This document shows, piece after piece, positions 51,320-64,000 of a stretch of 64,000 bases of DNA. Both the position numbers and the translations under genes were made by a program. The DNA is from Dipteris shenzhenensis (lineage: Eukaryota): assembly GCA_047967505.1 (NCBI GenBank), contig CM106538.1; one strand, given 5' to 3'. The notes under the pieces are model-generated. The model did no database searches and was not told the DNA's origin. It saw nothing but the letters and a program-made list of their open reading frames with translations. Each line of letters starts with the position of its first letter. Position 1 is the stretch's first letter.

Positions 51320-54300
51320 TGAAGAGAGTGGGAGAGAGGTAAGGAGTCTCACTTGCAGCTTTCTCACATACACAATGGGGGAATACACACAAAGGTGGAG
51401 GCTGAAAATAGTTTTCCTCTTCCCCTCGAGCTCAATCCTAATTCTTGCACACCAAGCAGGTCTCTGAACTTGTGCAGCTTCTCTATGCCCAATGCCTTTG
51501 TGAATATGTCAGCTACCTGATCCTCTATGCTGACATAAACTAGATCAATAAGACCTACTAGAACCTTCTCCCGTACATAGTGGTAATGCACCTCAATGTG
51601 CTTTGTTCTGGCATGAAGGACTGGGTTCTTTGCCAAATGTATACTACTCATGTTGTCACAATAAATGACAACCGGCCCATCTGTAGACTGATGCATATCA
51701 TAGAGTAGCTTATGCAACCAAGCTACCTCACATGCAGTGATTGCTGCACCTCTGTACTCAGCCTCCGTGCTCGACAAGGCAACTGTAGGCTGTTTCTTGC
51801 TGCTCCAAGTGACTGCAGCACTCCCAAAAGAGAACACATATCCACTGGTAGATCGCCTATCAGAAATACTACCAGCCCAATCAACATCAGTGTATCCATG
51901 CAACTGTATCTAAACCCTAGCCTCATAAAATAGTCCATACTGCAATGTGGACTTCACATACCTGAGTATGCGTCTAGCCGCATCCAAATGCGGTTTCCTT
52001 GGAGCCTGCATAAACTGACTTACCAACCCAACAGCATAGCTCAAATCTGGCTTGGTAATAGTCATGTAAATCAAACTTCCTACTATGCGTCTGTACATAG
52101 TAGGGTCTTCTAGAAGCTCACCTACATCTATGCTCAGCTTCACATTCTGCTCCAAAGGAACTGAAATAGCCTTGCAGCCTGTCATCCCATATTTGGACAG
52201 CATGTCCAGTCCATACTGCCTCTGCAAGAGCTGTATCCCACTTGGTGATCTAATCACCTCAATGCCCAAGAAATAACACAGCTCTCCCAAATCCTTCATC
52301 TCAAACTTCTGCCTCAATAGCATTTTCACATGAAGGATATCTTCATCACTATCACTTGTGATGATCAAATCATCAACATAAATGACCAGCAGCATAATCC
52401 CTTTCTCTGTTTTTCTCACATAGAGTGAGAAATCTGCCTTGGAAATCTGAAAGCCAATAGTGACAAGATACTGTCCTATCTTGTCAGACCATGCTCTAGG
52501 TGCTTGCTTCAAGCCATACAAGGCTTTCTTCAACCTGCAAACAAACTCAGGATGAGTAGCATGAACATAACCTGCTGGCTGCTCCATAAAGACCTCTTCT
52601 TGCAAATCACCATGCAAGAAGGCATTCTTTACATCCATCTGATGTAAAGACCATCCCTTTGATGTAGCCATAGCAATGGCTGCTCTTACGGTTGCCATCC
52701 TTGCAACTGGGCTGAAAGTTTCTTCATAATCAATGCCATATGTCTGTGTATACCCCTTGACAACTAATCTTGCCTTGTATCTATTCACAGAACCATCTGC
52801 ATTGTGCTTGATCTTATAAACCCACTTACAGCCAATTGCATTCTTGTCTTTAGGCAAAGGCACCAATTCCCATGTAGCATTTGCATCCAAGGCATCCATT
52901 TCTTAATCCATGGCTTTCTCCCATTTTTCATTTCCCATGGCTTGCTCAAAAGAAGTGGGTTCTCGTTCCTGTATCACTTTGACCATATAGGCATAGTGAA
53001 TGGCTGTAAATCCATCATATTTCAGCCTATCCACAGGATACCTGACCCTGGTAGACCTGCGCAAAATAGGCTCACTTCCAGGTGCTCTCAAAACATCCCT
53101 GGTCTTCCTTACTCCAGGTGTAACAATAGAAGGAATACCCAACTCATCATCAATGCTCTGTTCTGAGCCACTGGATTCACCATCCACACAAGAGTGACCT
53201 GCATTCACATCAAACATGGGCTTATCTACCTTCTCTTTTCCTTTTTGTGATACCTGCGTACCACTCTCTGCATTGCTTTGAGGGGATTCTCCTGATCTCA
53301 ATCTGCCTGTCCATGGTAAAGTATGTGAACCACTAGTAGAGGACACTCCAGGTCCACTGATATTTTGTGATTGTTGCTGTGCATTCTGTGCAGCATTACC
53401 ATTTTGTGCATCTACATCAATCATCACATTTACTGGTTTATACTAGCTGCTCATCTCATCAAAAACATCTCTGCTCATTGTGAACTTATGTGTAGAAGGG
53501 TTATAGCATCTATACCCTTTCTGCTGCAGAGAATAACCAATGAAGACGCACTTCTCAGCTTCTGGATCCAACTTGGACCTCAACTCATCTGGCACATGGA
53601 CATAGGCAATGCAACCAAAAATCTTCAAATGAGAAATATCTGGTTTCCTACCAGTATACATCTCCTCTGGCATCATGCCATGTATTGTTGCAGTGGGAGT
53701 CCTGTTCATTATATAGACTGCTGTAGCAACTGCTTCAGCCCAATAATAATCTGGTAGATCTTTTTCATTTAGCATAGCCCGAGATACCTCTCCAATATGC
53801 CTATTTTTTCTTTCTACAATTCCATTTTGCTATGGGGTATGACTGCATGAATATTGCTACTTTATACCATGCTCCTACAAGAACCTTGCAAACTCATTTG
53901 AGAGGTACTCTCCCCCTCCATCTGACCTTAGGCATTTTATTTGCAGGCCTGTTTCTTTTTCAACCATAGCTTTGAAAGCTTTGAAGTGCCCAAACACTTC
54001 ACTTTTCTTTTTCATAAAATACACCCACAGTTTTCTACTGAAGTCATCAATAAATGTGATAAAATAGTGACAGCCTCCAATAGATGCAGCTTTTGTAGTC
54101 CACACATTAGAGTGGATTAATTCCAATGGCTTCGTACTCTCTTGAACATGCCTAGGAAAAGGTTTCCTTACCTGTTTCCCAAATTGACAGGCTTCACAAA
54201 CCTTGTGCATTTCTGCAACCTTGAATTTAGGCAATCCTGCAACAATATTTTGGGCTTGCATTGATTTAAGTCGCTGTATATTAACATGACCGATGCATTT

Positions 54301-54885
54301 GTGCCAGATATCAATATCTGCAACTACACCGGTCCCATGTGCAAACATTGCTGCACTCAATTCAGACATGTCTGCATCCAACGTAAACATCCTGCCCTTC
54401 TTCTTTCCTTTTGCTATCAAGCGACCATTATTTTTCATATCCTCAACAAAGCATCCACGAGGATTAAATCTGACCTGCAAGCCCTGCTCAACCATCTGAC
54501 CAACAGAAACTAGGTTCTTGGTGATGTTCGGGACATGAAATACATCAGACAAGTATTTCTTTTTCCCATCCTGCATAGACAAAGGAATTTTGCCAATCTG
54601 CACAATAGGATGTGCAGTATCATCACCAGTCTCCACAAATCCTGGTTTTTCCATTTTCCTTGCATCTTGGATCCATCCTGCATGACCTGTCATGTGGTTT
54701 GATGCACCTGAGTCAACAAACCACACATCATTTCGTTCTTCTACACTTGTCATAGAATTGGTCATATGCTGCACCATAAATAGATGCTCATTTTTGTCAT
54801 CACGTTGCCTACTAGAAGATGCATAATTTCTTGCTGCAATTTTCCAGTCATAATGTCATTCTGCTTTTTATAGCAGTCCTTAGCC
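51320..54885 (-). mobile_element. Copia element B (same family as A): pol region with internally deleted 3' LTR, 5' end missing
   Basis: ORFs 51364-54777 are nearly identical to element A; only about 100 bp of LTR (51320-51421) is fused to the PPT. Confidence 0.93.
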
Positions 54886-57108
54886 GAAAAGTGCAAGAGT
54901 GCACTGTCTCATATTGAGACGCCCTTCGCGGTGCGGCGAGAGGGTAGTATATGCTATGTGACATTATTTTTCTGATTTGAGGTCATTTCGGGGCCTGTTT
55001 TGGTGGCAGAAGTTTTTCCACAGACACTCAGAAAAGTGGCCTGTTTTGGCTGTGCGACCATTGTTCTACAGGTCCGTGAAAAGTTACCACAGAAATTGCA
55101 TCATATGCCTATGCGTAGAGATATTGGGAGTGACAGTATCATTCTTATTGCCTGTTGATGCAAAATCATCACTAGGAAGTGACTGTGTGGTCAAATACCA
55201 CTTTCGTCAACTTTGCAGATTTGCCTTGTGAGGCAGAAGTTGCGTTTTTTGCAGTGACAGAATATTTTTCAATGTTCTATAATGGCATTTGACTCTCTTT
55301 CACAGATTGTCACTGAAAATCTTGACAAGAACAACTTCCAAGCATGGAAGTTTAGAATGACGAATTTCCTTATGGGAAAAGGCTATTGGGAGTTCATTAC
55401 AGGAAATGAAGAAGAACCAATTCTTCCTAATGTTCCCAATCAACAAGAAATGTAGGCATTTAAAGCCTGGCATGAGAGAGCCAGAAAAGTTATGTACTGG
55501 CTATCTATTAGTATTTCAAGTTCTATGATTGTGCATATTCAAGATGCAAGCATGCCAAAGGAGGCATGGGATACTTTGGCAAAAATGTACAGCACAAATA
55601 TGCAAGCCAAGAAAATGTAGCTCAAGCAAGAGTTGCATGATATGTAGAGAGAAAATATGAGCATCAATGACTACCACATGAAGGTGAAGAAGATTGGAGA
55701 TGCACTTGCTTCCATTGGGTCGCCAGTGGAAGATGATGATTTAGTTTCTGTGACCTTGAATGGTCTAGGAAAGGATAATGCACAGTTCCGAACATCCATT
55801 GCCATCCATGAAAAATTTCCTGATTTTGAGGAGTTGATTGCTCTCCTAATTTCTGAAGAGCAGAGAAATGGTGGTGCATCTTCTTCAGGAGGAACTTCAA
55901 AAGAAACTATCTTCTACTCAAATGCTAGAAGAGGTAGAGGCAGAGGTAGAGCAGGCCGATCTGGAGGCCGTGGCAGAAATCAGAATATGCAGCAAATTCA
56001 AGAAAACCAGTCCTATGGAGGAGGACATGGTAACCTTAGAGGTAGGGGGAGCCAAAGAGGTCGTGGTGGATGGCAGAGAGGCCAAAATGCAAACAACAAT
56101 GTTGAATGCTACTATTCTGGTAAAATGGGTCATATGGCTAAAGATTGCTACAAAAAGCAGAATGACATTATGAATGGAAAATTGCAGCAAGGTAATTATG
56201 CATCCTCTAGTAGACAGGGTGATGACAGAAATGAGAATTTGTTTATGGTGCAGCACATGACCAATTCTGTGACAAGTGTAGAAGAAAGCAATGATGTGTG
56301 GTATGTTGACTCAGGTGCATCAAACCATATGACAGATCATGCAGAATGGATGCAGGATGCAAGGAAAATGGAAAAACTAGGATTTGTGGAGACTGGTGAT
56401 GATACTGCACATCCTATTGTGCAGATTGGTAAAATTCCTTTGTCTATGTAGGATGGGAAAAAGAAATACCTGTCTGATGTATTTCATGCTCCGAACATCA
56501 CCAAGAACCTGGTTTCTATTGGTCAAATGGTTGAGCAGGGCTTGCAGGTCAGATTTAATCCTCATGGATGCTTTGTTGAGGATATGAAAAATAAAGGTCG
56601 CTTGATAGCAAAAGGGAAGAAGAAGGGTAGGATGTTTACATTGGATGCAAGCATGCCTGAATTGAGTGCAACAATGTTTGCACATGGGACCGGCCTAGTT
56701 GCAGATATTGATATCTGGCCTAAACGCATTGGTCTTGTTAATGTACAGCGACTTAAATTAATGCAGGCCCAAAATATTATTGCAAGATTGCCCAATTCAA
56801 GGTTGCAGAAATGCATAAGATATGTGAAGCCTATCAATTTGGAAAACAGGCAAGAAAGCCATTTCCTAGACATGTTCAAGAGAGTAAGAGGCCATTGGAA
56901 TTAATCCACTTTGATGTGTGGACTACTAAAGCTGCATCTATTGGAGGCTGTCATTATTATATCCACTTTTATTGATGACTACAGCAGAAAAGTTTGGGTG
57001 TATTTTATGAAAAAGAAAAGTGAAGGGCTTGGGCATTTCAAAGCTTTTAAAGCTATGATTGGAAAATTGCAAATAAAATGCCTAAGGTCAGATGGAGGGG
57101 GAGAGTAT
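54886..57108 (+). mobile_element. Copia family A fragment in opposite orientation (part of 5' UTR, gag, PR, start of INT), interrupted by Copia C
   Basis: gag from about 55281 (MAFDSLSQIVTE..) through ORFs 55657-57111, ending at LRSDGGGEY. Confidence 0.9.
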
Positions 57109-60100
57109 TGAGAGTGCTCTCAACGGAAGCAAGAACGGAAGAGGGAGAGAGAGAAACAGAGAGCCACACAAGTTTTGGTGGGTGCAGAACCACCCTAATC
57201 TTCTTTTTCATTCATTTATATATGTGTTTGAGTATTGTACATAACCAGGGTAAAGGCACAGTGACCTTTAACCCCCACAACCTCCCACTTAAAGGACAAT
57301 GTGCCTTTAAGGGAGAACAACCAGTGAGCATACTATCCAATGCCCATCAATACACGACAATACTCAAACCGCTGACTAGGTAGACTCTTCGTCAGCATAT
57401 CTGCAGGGTTATCATCTGTATAAACCTTGACAAGCTCTATGCGCTTGTCCTCAAGTACCTCCCTGATGAAATGGTACCTGACCTCAATGTGTTTGGTCTT
57501 TGCATGAAAGACCGGATTCCGTGCTAGCTGAATAGCACTCATGGAATCACTATGCAATGTCGGTACACCTGTATGAATCCCCAAATCTCCCACTAGCCGA
57601 TCAAGCCATATAGCCTCCTTGTAACCCTCTGTGGCTACAAACATACTCAGCCTCTATGGTAGACAAAGCAATGCACTTCTGTGCACGAGACATCCACGAC
57701 ACTGCACCACCTGCAAAGGTGAACACATAACCAGAAGTGGATCTCCTACTATCCACATGCCCTGCATAGTCTGAATTTGTGTACCCAAGTACACGCATGT
57801 CTCCTTTACCAAAGCAGATGCACATCTTGTTGAGATATCAAGCTCTACCCCTGATACATCTCCTGGATGACTATCATTTATGTCACCGCCTATGTTAGTT
57901 GTACTCGTGGTGTAGTTAGACTACCACGTATGTTTTTGGTTTGGGTTCACATATGAACCACGTATTCTAGGTTTGACATATAGGGTATTTCCCTCTTCTA
58001 TTGTATTGTTGTTGTGTGCAAAAGTGAAGAAAGGCTTCACCCTCCAACCTTGTGTCCTCTCTCTCTCTTTTGTGTGTTGTGAAGAAAGCTGAACTTGAGT
58101 CTCCTATCTCTCTCCCTCATTCTTTACATGGTATCAGAGCCTTGTTCGAGGTAAGGAGCTCAAGAAAGCAAGCCAAGTTTGTGGTGTCCTGGTAAGAGGA
58201 CCAGTGTTGCTTTCCTATTTCGAGTTTGGGAGCAAATCTCTGCAGGTAGCACAGCCAGAAGTGCAGGAGTGCACTGTTTCAGATTGAGAGGCCCTTCGCG
58301 GTGTGGCGAGAGCGCAGTATATGCTGCGGGAGAAGGCGAAGCCCTTGGTGACTTTATTTTTTTGATTTGAGGCCGTTTCGGGGCCTGTTTTGAAGGCGCA
58401 AGTTCTTCACAGGCACTCAGAAAAAGGCCCTATTTTTGCTGTGCGACCACCGCGCGGCTAGTCGGTGGAAAGGTGCCACAGAAATTGCATCGTATGCCTG
58501 TGTGTAGAGATATTGGGAGTTGCAGATTCATGCCTGTTGCCTGTTGATGCAAAATCGTCACTAGGAAGTGACTGTGTGGTGAAATACCACTTTCGTCAAT
58601 GTTGCAGATCTGCCCCTGTGAGGGTTTCCGCAGAAGTTTTGCTATTTGCCCTTGTGAGGCATTTGCTGTGTTTACAGGTTGCTGTTGCAATTCGTGTTTT
58701 GTAAAATGTCTGAGAATCTGTCTACCATTGTCAGTGAGAAGCTTGACAAGAACAACTTCCAAGCATGGAAGTTCAGGATGACAAACTTCCTTATGGGAAA
58801 GGGAGTTTGGGATTACATCAGTGGTGAAACTGCAGAACCAATTTTGGGTAATGCTCCCACTCCTGCTGAATTGAAGGCCTTTAAAGAATGGCATGAAAAA
58901 GCCAGAAAATGCTTGTATTGGCTGTCTGTTAGCATTTCAGATTCTATGATTGTGCATATACAGGATGTAGAGACGCCTAAGGAGGCATGGGATACATTGG
59001 TGAAGCTGTATAGGACAAATACCAAAGCACGAAAGATGCAGCTAAAGCAGGAGTTGCACAATGTGCAAAGGAAAAATATGAATATAAATGAGTATTCCTT
59101 GAAGGTGAAAGGCCTTGCAGATTCTCTTGCCTCCATTGGAGCACCTGTTGATGATGAGGACTTAGTGTCCGTGACCTTGAATGGTCTTGGGAAAGATTAT
59201 GCACAGTTTCGGACATCCATTGGAGTCCGTGAAACATTTCCTGATTTTCAGGAACTTATTGCTCTCTTGCTGAGTGAAGAGCAAAGGAATGGTGGTTCAG
59301 CCACCTCAACTTCTCAAGAGACTGCTTTCTACTCGAATACAGGTAGAGGCAGGGGTAGAGGAAGAGGCCGTTTTGGTGGTCGTGCAGGAAATCAGAATCA
59401 GTAGCAACAACAGGAAAACCAGTCCTATGGAGGAGGACGTGGTAGTTCTAGAGGCAGGGGGAGCCAAAGAGGCCGTGGTTCATGGCAAAGGAACCAGCAA
59501 GTAAATAGCAGCACAGAATACTATTATTGTGGAAAGCCTGGACACAAGGAGAATACATGCTATAAAAAACAGAATGACATCAAAAGTGGGAAGTTGCAGC
59601 AAAGCAACTATGCATCATCAAGTGGGCATGGTGACGACAGAAATGAGCACCTTTTTGTGATGCAGCATATGGTTAACTCCATGTCAGGAGATGCTGCAGC
59701 TTGCAATGATGTTTGGTATGTTGATTCAGGTGCCTCTAACCACATGACCAGTCATGGTGAGTGGTTTCATGATGTTAGAAATTTGGATAAGCCAGGTTAT
59801 GTTGAAACAGGTGATGATACTGCGCACCCAATTTCGCAGGTTGGTAAAGTGCCATTGGCTATGCAGGATGGCAAAACGAAGTACTTGGCAGATGTACTTC
59901 ATGTTCCAAAAATCACTAAGAACCTGGTTTCTGTTGGCCAGATGGTTGAGCAAGGTCTGCAGGTTAGATTTAATCCTGATGGATGTTTTGTTGAGGACTT
60001 GAAAAATAAGTGCCGCTTGGTTGCGAAAGGCAATAAAAATGGCAGAATGTTCACCTTGGATGTTGATATGCCTGAGGTAAAAGCTGCTATGTTTGCGCAT

Positions 60101-63100
60101 GGGAGAGGTGTCATTGCAGATATTGAGATATGGCACAAGCGCATTGGGCATGTGAATATACAAAGGCTGAAATCCATGCAAACGAAAAACATTGTTGCAG
60201 GTTTGCCTAAATTCAGAGTTGAGGGAATGCAAAAGGTATGTGAAGCATGCCAAATGGGTAAGCAGGCCAGACATGCATTTCCCAAAAATGCTAAGGTGAG
60301 CAGAAGACCTTTGGAAGTGATCCATTCAGATGTTTGGACAACCAAAGCTGCTTCTATTGGTGGATGCCATTATTATGTGACGTTTATTGATGACTACACT
60401 AGGAAGGTGTGGATTTATTTTATGAAGCACAAAAGTGAAGTGTTCAGCCATTTCAAGGCTTTTAAGGCCATGGTTGAAAAAGAGAAAGGTGTGCATATTA
60501 AAGTGCTAAGATCTGATGGAGGGGGAGAGTACTTTTCAGAAGAATTTTGTGAATATCTGAAAGAACAGGGAATTCAAAGGAAGTACTCATGCAGGTCTAC
60601 CCCTCAGCAGAATGGGGTTGCAGAAAGGAAGAACAGGCATATTGCAGAAGTAGGGACGGGCGATCGTAAATGAGAAAAACATGCCTGATTATTTTTGGGC
60701 TGAAGCAGTAGCAACTGCTGTTTATATTATGAACAGAACCCCCACTGCAGCTGTCCATGGCATGACGCCTGAAGAAATGTATACAGGCCAAAAACCAGAT
60801 ATTTCTCACTTGAAGGTATTTGGTTGCATAGCTTATGTTCATGTTCCTGATGAGAAGAGAACAAAGCTGGATCCAAAGGCAGAAAAATGCATCTTTATTG
60901 GATATGCTCAGCACCAGAAAGGGTATCGCTGTTATAACCCTTCCACCTGCAAAATGCAAGTGAGCAGAGATGTTGTTTTTGATGAAATGAGCAGCTGGTA
61001 TGCACCAACTGTTATGGTAGGAGATGCAGATGCAGGAAATGGGAATGCTGCAATAAATGCAGAGCAGCAATCTCAAGCCTTGAGTGGACCCAGAGAGTCC
61101 TCTACTAGTGGATCTAATGCATGGACAGGGAGATTGAGATCTAGTGAATCGTCACATGGCAACCCTGATAGTGTTGTGCAGGTATCACATAAGGGAAAAG
61201 AAAAAGTAGACCATGCTCTAGTGTTTGATGTGTCTGCTGGTAGCTCTCATGTTGATGGAGAGTCAAGCGGCTCTGAAATGAGCCTTGATGAGGAACTTGG
61301 GATTCCTTCTGTTGTTACACCTGGTGCAAGGAAAAGCAGGCATGATTTAAAGACTCCTGCAACTGATCCAGTTGTACGGAGGTCCACTCGTATTAAGTAT
61401 CCAGTTGACAGGCTGAGATATGATGGGTACATAGCACATCACTATGCTTATATGGTCAAGGTTCTAGAGGAGCCAGAGCCCACATGTTTTGAGGATGCAG
61501 CAGGGCATAAAAATTGGGAAGCAGCTATGGATGAAGAGATGGCTGCCTTGGATGCAAACCACACTTGGGATTTGATGCCTTTGCCTCATGATAAGAAGGC
61601 TATTGGCTGCAAGTGGGTTTACAAAGTAAAGCACAATGCTGATGGGTCTGTTAGCAGGTACAAGGCAAGATTGGTTGCCAAGGGTTTTGCACAGACATAT
61701 GGAATTGACTATGAGGAAACTTTCAGCCCAGTTGCAAGGATGGCAACCGTGAGAGCAGTAATTGCTATGGCTGCTGCAAACGGATGGTCTTTGCATTAGA
61801 TGGATGTGAAAAATGCCTTCTTGCATGGTGATTTGCAGGAAGAGGTTTATATGATGCAGCCGGAAGGTTATGAGGATAATTCACATCCCGATTTTGTATG
61901 CAGGTTGCGCAAAGCCTTGTATGGCTTAAAACAGGCGCCGAGGGCATGGTCAGACAAGATAGGGCAATATCTTGTCACTATTGGATTTCAGATTTCCAAT
62001 TCAGATTTTTCACTTTATGTGAAAAGGACAAACAGAGGGATTGTGCTTATAGTCATCTATGTTGATGACTTGATTATTACAGGTGATAGTGATGCAGACA
62101 TTAATGAAGTGAAGCTGCTGTTGAAGCAGAAATTTGAGATGAAGGATTTGGGAGAGCTGCGTTACTTCTTGGGCATTGAGGTTATTAGATCCCCGAGTGG
62201 GATAAGGCTATTGCAAAGGCAATACGGTTTGGACATGCTGTCCAAATATGGGATGACAGGCTGTAAGCCTATCTCTGTTCCATTGGAGCAGAATGTGAAG
62301 CTCAGGTGAGCTTCTTGAAGATATTACTATGTACAGGCGCATAGTAGGTAGCTTGATTTACATGACTATAACCAGACCAGATTTGAGCTATGCTGTGGGG
62401 CTGGTGAGTCAGTTTATGCAGGCACCGAGGAAGCCACATTTGGATGCGGCTAGGCGCATACTGCGGTATGTGAAGTCCACATTGCATTATGGACTGTTTT
62501 ATGAAGCAGGGTGTGCATTACAGGTACATGGATACACAGATGCTGACTGGGCTGGTAGTGTCTCAGACAGGAGATCTACTAGTGGTTTTATGTTTTCCCT
62601 TGGGAGTGGTGCCATCAGTTGGAGCAGCAAGAAGCAGCCAACAGTTGCCTTGTCGAGCACAGAGGCTGAGTACAGGGGTGCAGCAATGGCTGCATGTGAG
62701 GTAGCTTGGTTACGGAAGCTACTTGCAGATATGGGACTGCCAATTCATGCAGCAGTTGTCATTCATTGTGACAACATTAGCAGCATCATGCTTGCTAATA
62801 ACCCAGTTTATCATGCTAGAACGAAGCACATTGAGGTGCATTATCACTTTGTGAGAGAGAAGGTTCTAGCTGGTGAGATTGATCTTGTCTATGTCAGCAC
62901 TGAGGAGCAGGTGGCTGATATTTTTACGAAGGCATTGGGTACCGAGAAGCTTCGCAGATTTAGGAGCTTGCTTGGTGTACGTGAGATGGATTTGAGCTTG
63001 AGGGGGAGTGTTGAGATATCAAGCTCTACCCCTGATACATCTCCTGGATGACTATCATTTATGTCACCGCCTATGTTAGTTGTACTCGTGGTGTAGTTAG

Positions 63101-64000
63101 ACTACCACGTATGTTTTTGGTTTGGGTTCACATATGAACCACGTATTCTAGGTTTGACATATAGGGTATTTCCCTCTTCTATTGTATTGTTGTTGTGTGC
63201 AAAAGTGAAGAAAGGCTTCACCCTCCAACCTTGTGTCCTCTCTCTCTCTTTTGTGTGTTGTGAAGAAAGCTGAACTTGAGTCTCCTATCTCTCTCCCTCA
63301 TTCTTTACACATCTCCTTGGTACCCTTCATGTACCTCATGATGCACTTAACTGCCTCCCAATGCCTCTTCCTGGATTAGCCATATACCGGCTAACAACTC
63401 CCACTGCAAATGCAATGTCTGGTCTAGTAGCTATCATAGCATACATAAGACTCCCAACTGCTGATGCATAAGGAACCTTGGCCATCATGGCCCTTTCCTC
63501 ATCTGATTTGGGACTATCTGTATGACTCAGTTTCACATATGGAGGCAATGGAGCATATTGAAACGTTGTAATGCTTTTGTAACATACTCTTTTTGTGAAA
63601 GCCAAAGGAGTTTCCTACTCCGATTACGCGTGATGCGCATACCAAGAATATGACCTGCAAGTCCCAAATCCTTCATATCAAAGGCCTCATGCAACTTGGC
63701 CTTTAATGCATCTAGCTCATAAGTATTCTTGCTAGCCAATAGCATATCATCCACATATAGTGCCAAGATTATCAGGCTATTATCCTTAGCCCTTTTAGTG
63801 TAGAGGCAGTGATCAATTTCACTCCTTCTAAAACCCTGGGACTGAATGAAAGCATCAAACTTCTGATACCATTCTCTAGGCGCTTGCTTAAGACCATAGA
63901 GACTCTTCTTTAGCTTGCAAACTAAATGCTCTTTACCCTTTTCTTCAAAGCCTTCCGGCTGCACCATGTAAATTTCCTCATGCAAATCCCCATGCAAGAA
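57109..64000 (-). mobile_element. Copia element C (different lineage): 3' LTR 57109-57279, RH 57333-57827, RT 63310-64000; runs off the window and is split by element D
   Basis: TG...CA 171-bp segment next to PPT AAGTGGGAGG; RH motifs (NPVFHAKTKHIEVRYHF); RT LYVDDMLL; the frame resumes across the element D insertion. Confidence 0.9.
57828..63309 (+). mobile_element. Complete Ty1/copia element D; LTRs 57828-58128 and 63009-63309; gag-pol 58706-63051 disrupted
   Basis: 301-bp LTRs with no difference seen by eye, TSD CATCT, PBS TGGTATCAGAGC 58129-58140, PPT GAGGGGGAG. Confidence 0.97.

Noticed and set aside
46326-60345. Numerous antisense ORFs over Copia pol
   Set aside because: Shadow frames of the retrotransposon coding strand, repeated only because the elements are homologous.

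Overview
Repeat-dominated land-plant nuclear DNA. The Copia proteins and the UGT look fern- or lycophyte-like, but that is an impression rather than an identification. There is one apparently intact host gene, a family-1 UDP-glycosyltransferase (34417-35889) with an in-frame 81-bp intron. It sits in a deep stack of nested transposons: Ty3/gypsy chromovirus remnants, a CACTA right end, gag-only Copia derivatives, a non-coding short-LTR element containing a full-length Tat-type Ty3 element with an extra RNase H, and four Copia elements. Two DNA-transposon-like units with cargo stand out. (1) A 6.8-kb hAT-like element (25024-31795; C/TAGGGATTT ends, 8-bp TSD) carries a protein kinase, a coiled-coil/RING-H2 gene and a BED finger. 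(2) A Helitron-like unit (about 38400-50480, split by a Copia insertion) carries a related kinase, a Rep/PIF1 helicase, an unknown ORF and a GIY-YIG nuclease that the ORF track misses. The two kinases appear to be one divergent non-RD family riding on two unrelated transposon types. All cargo copies here are pseudogenised. Coordinates were read by eye; boundaries not fixed by a TSD are approximate.
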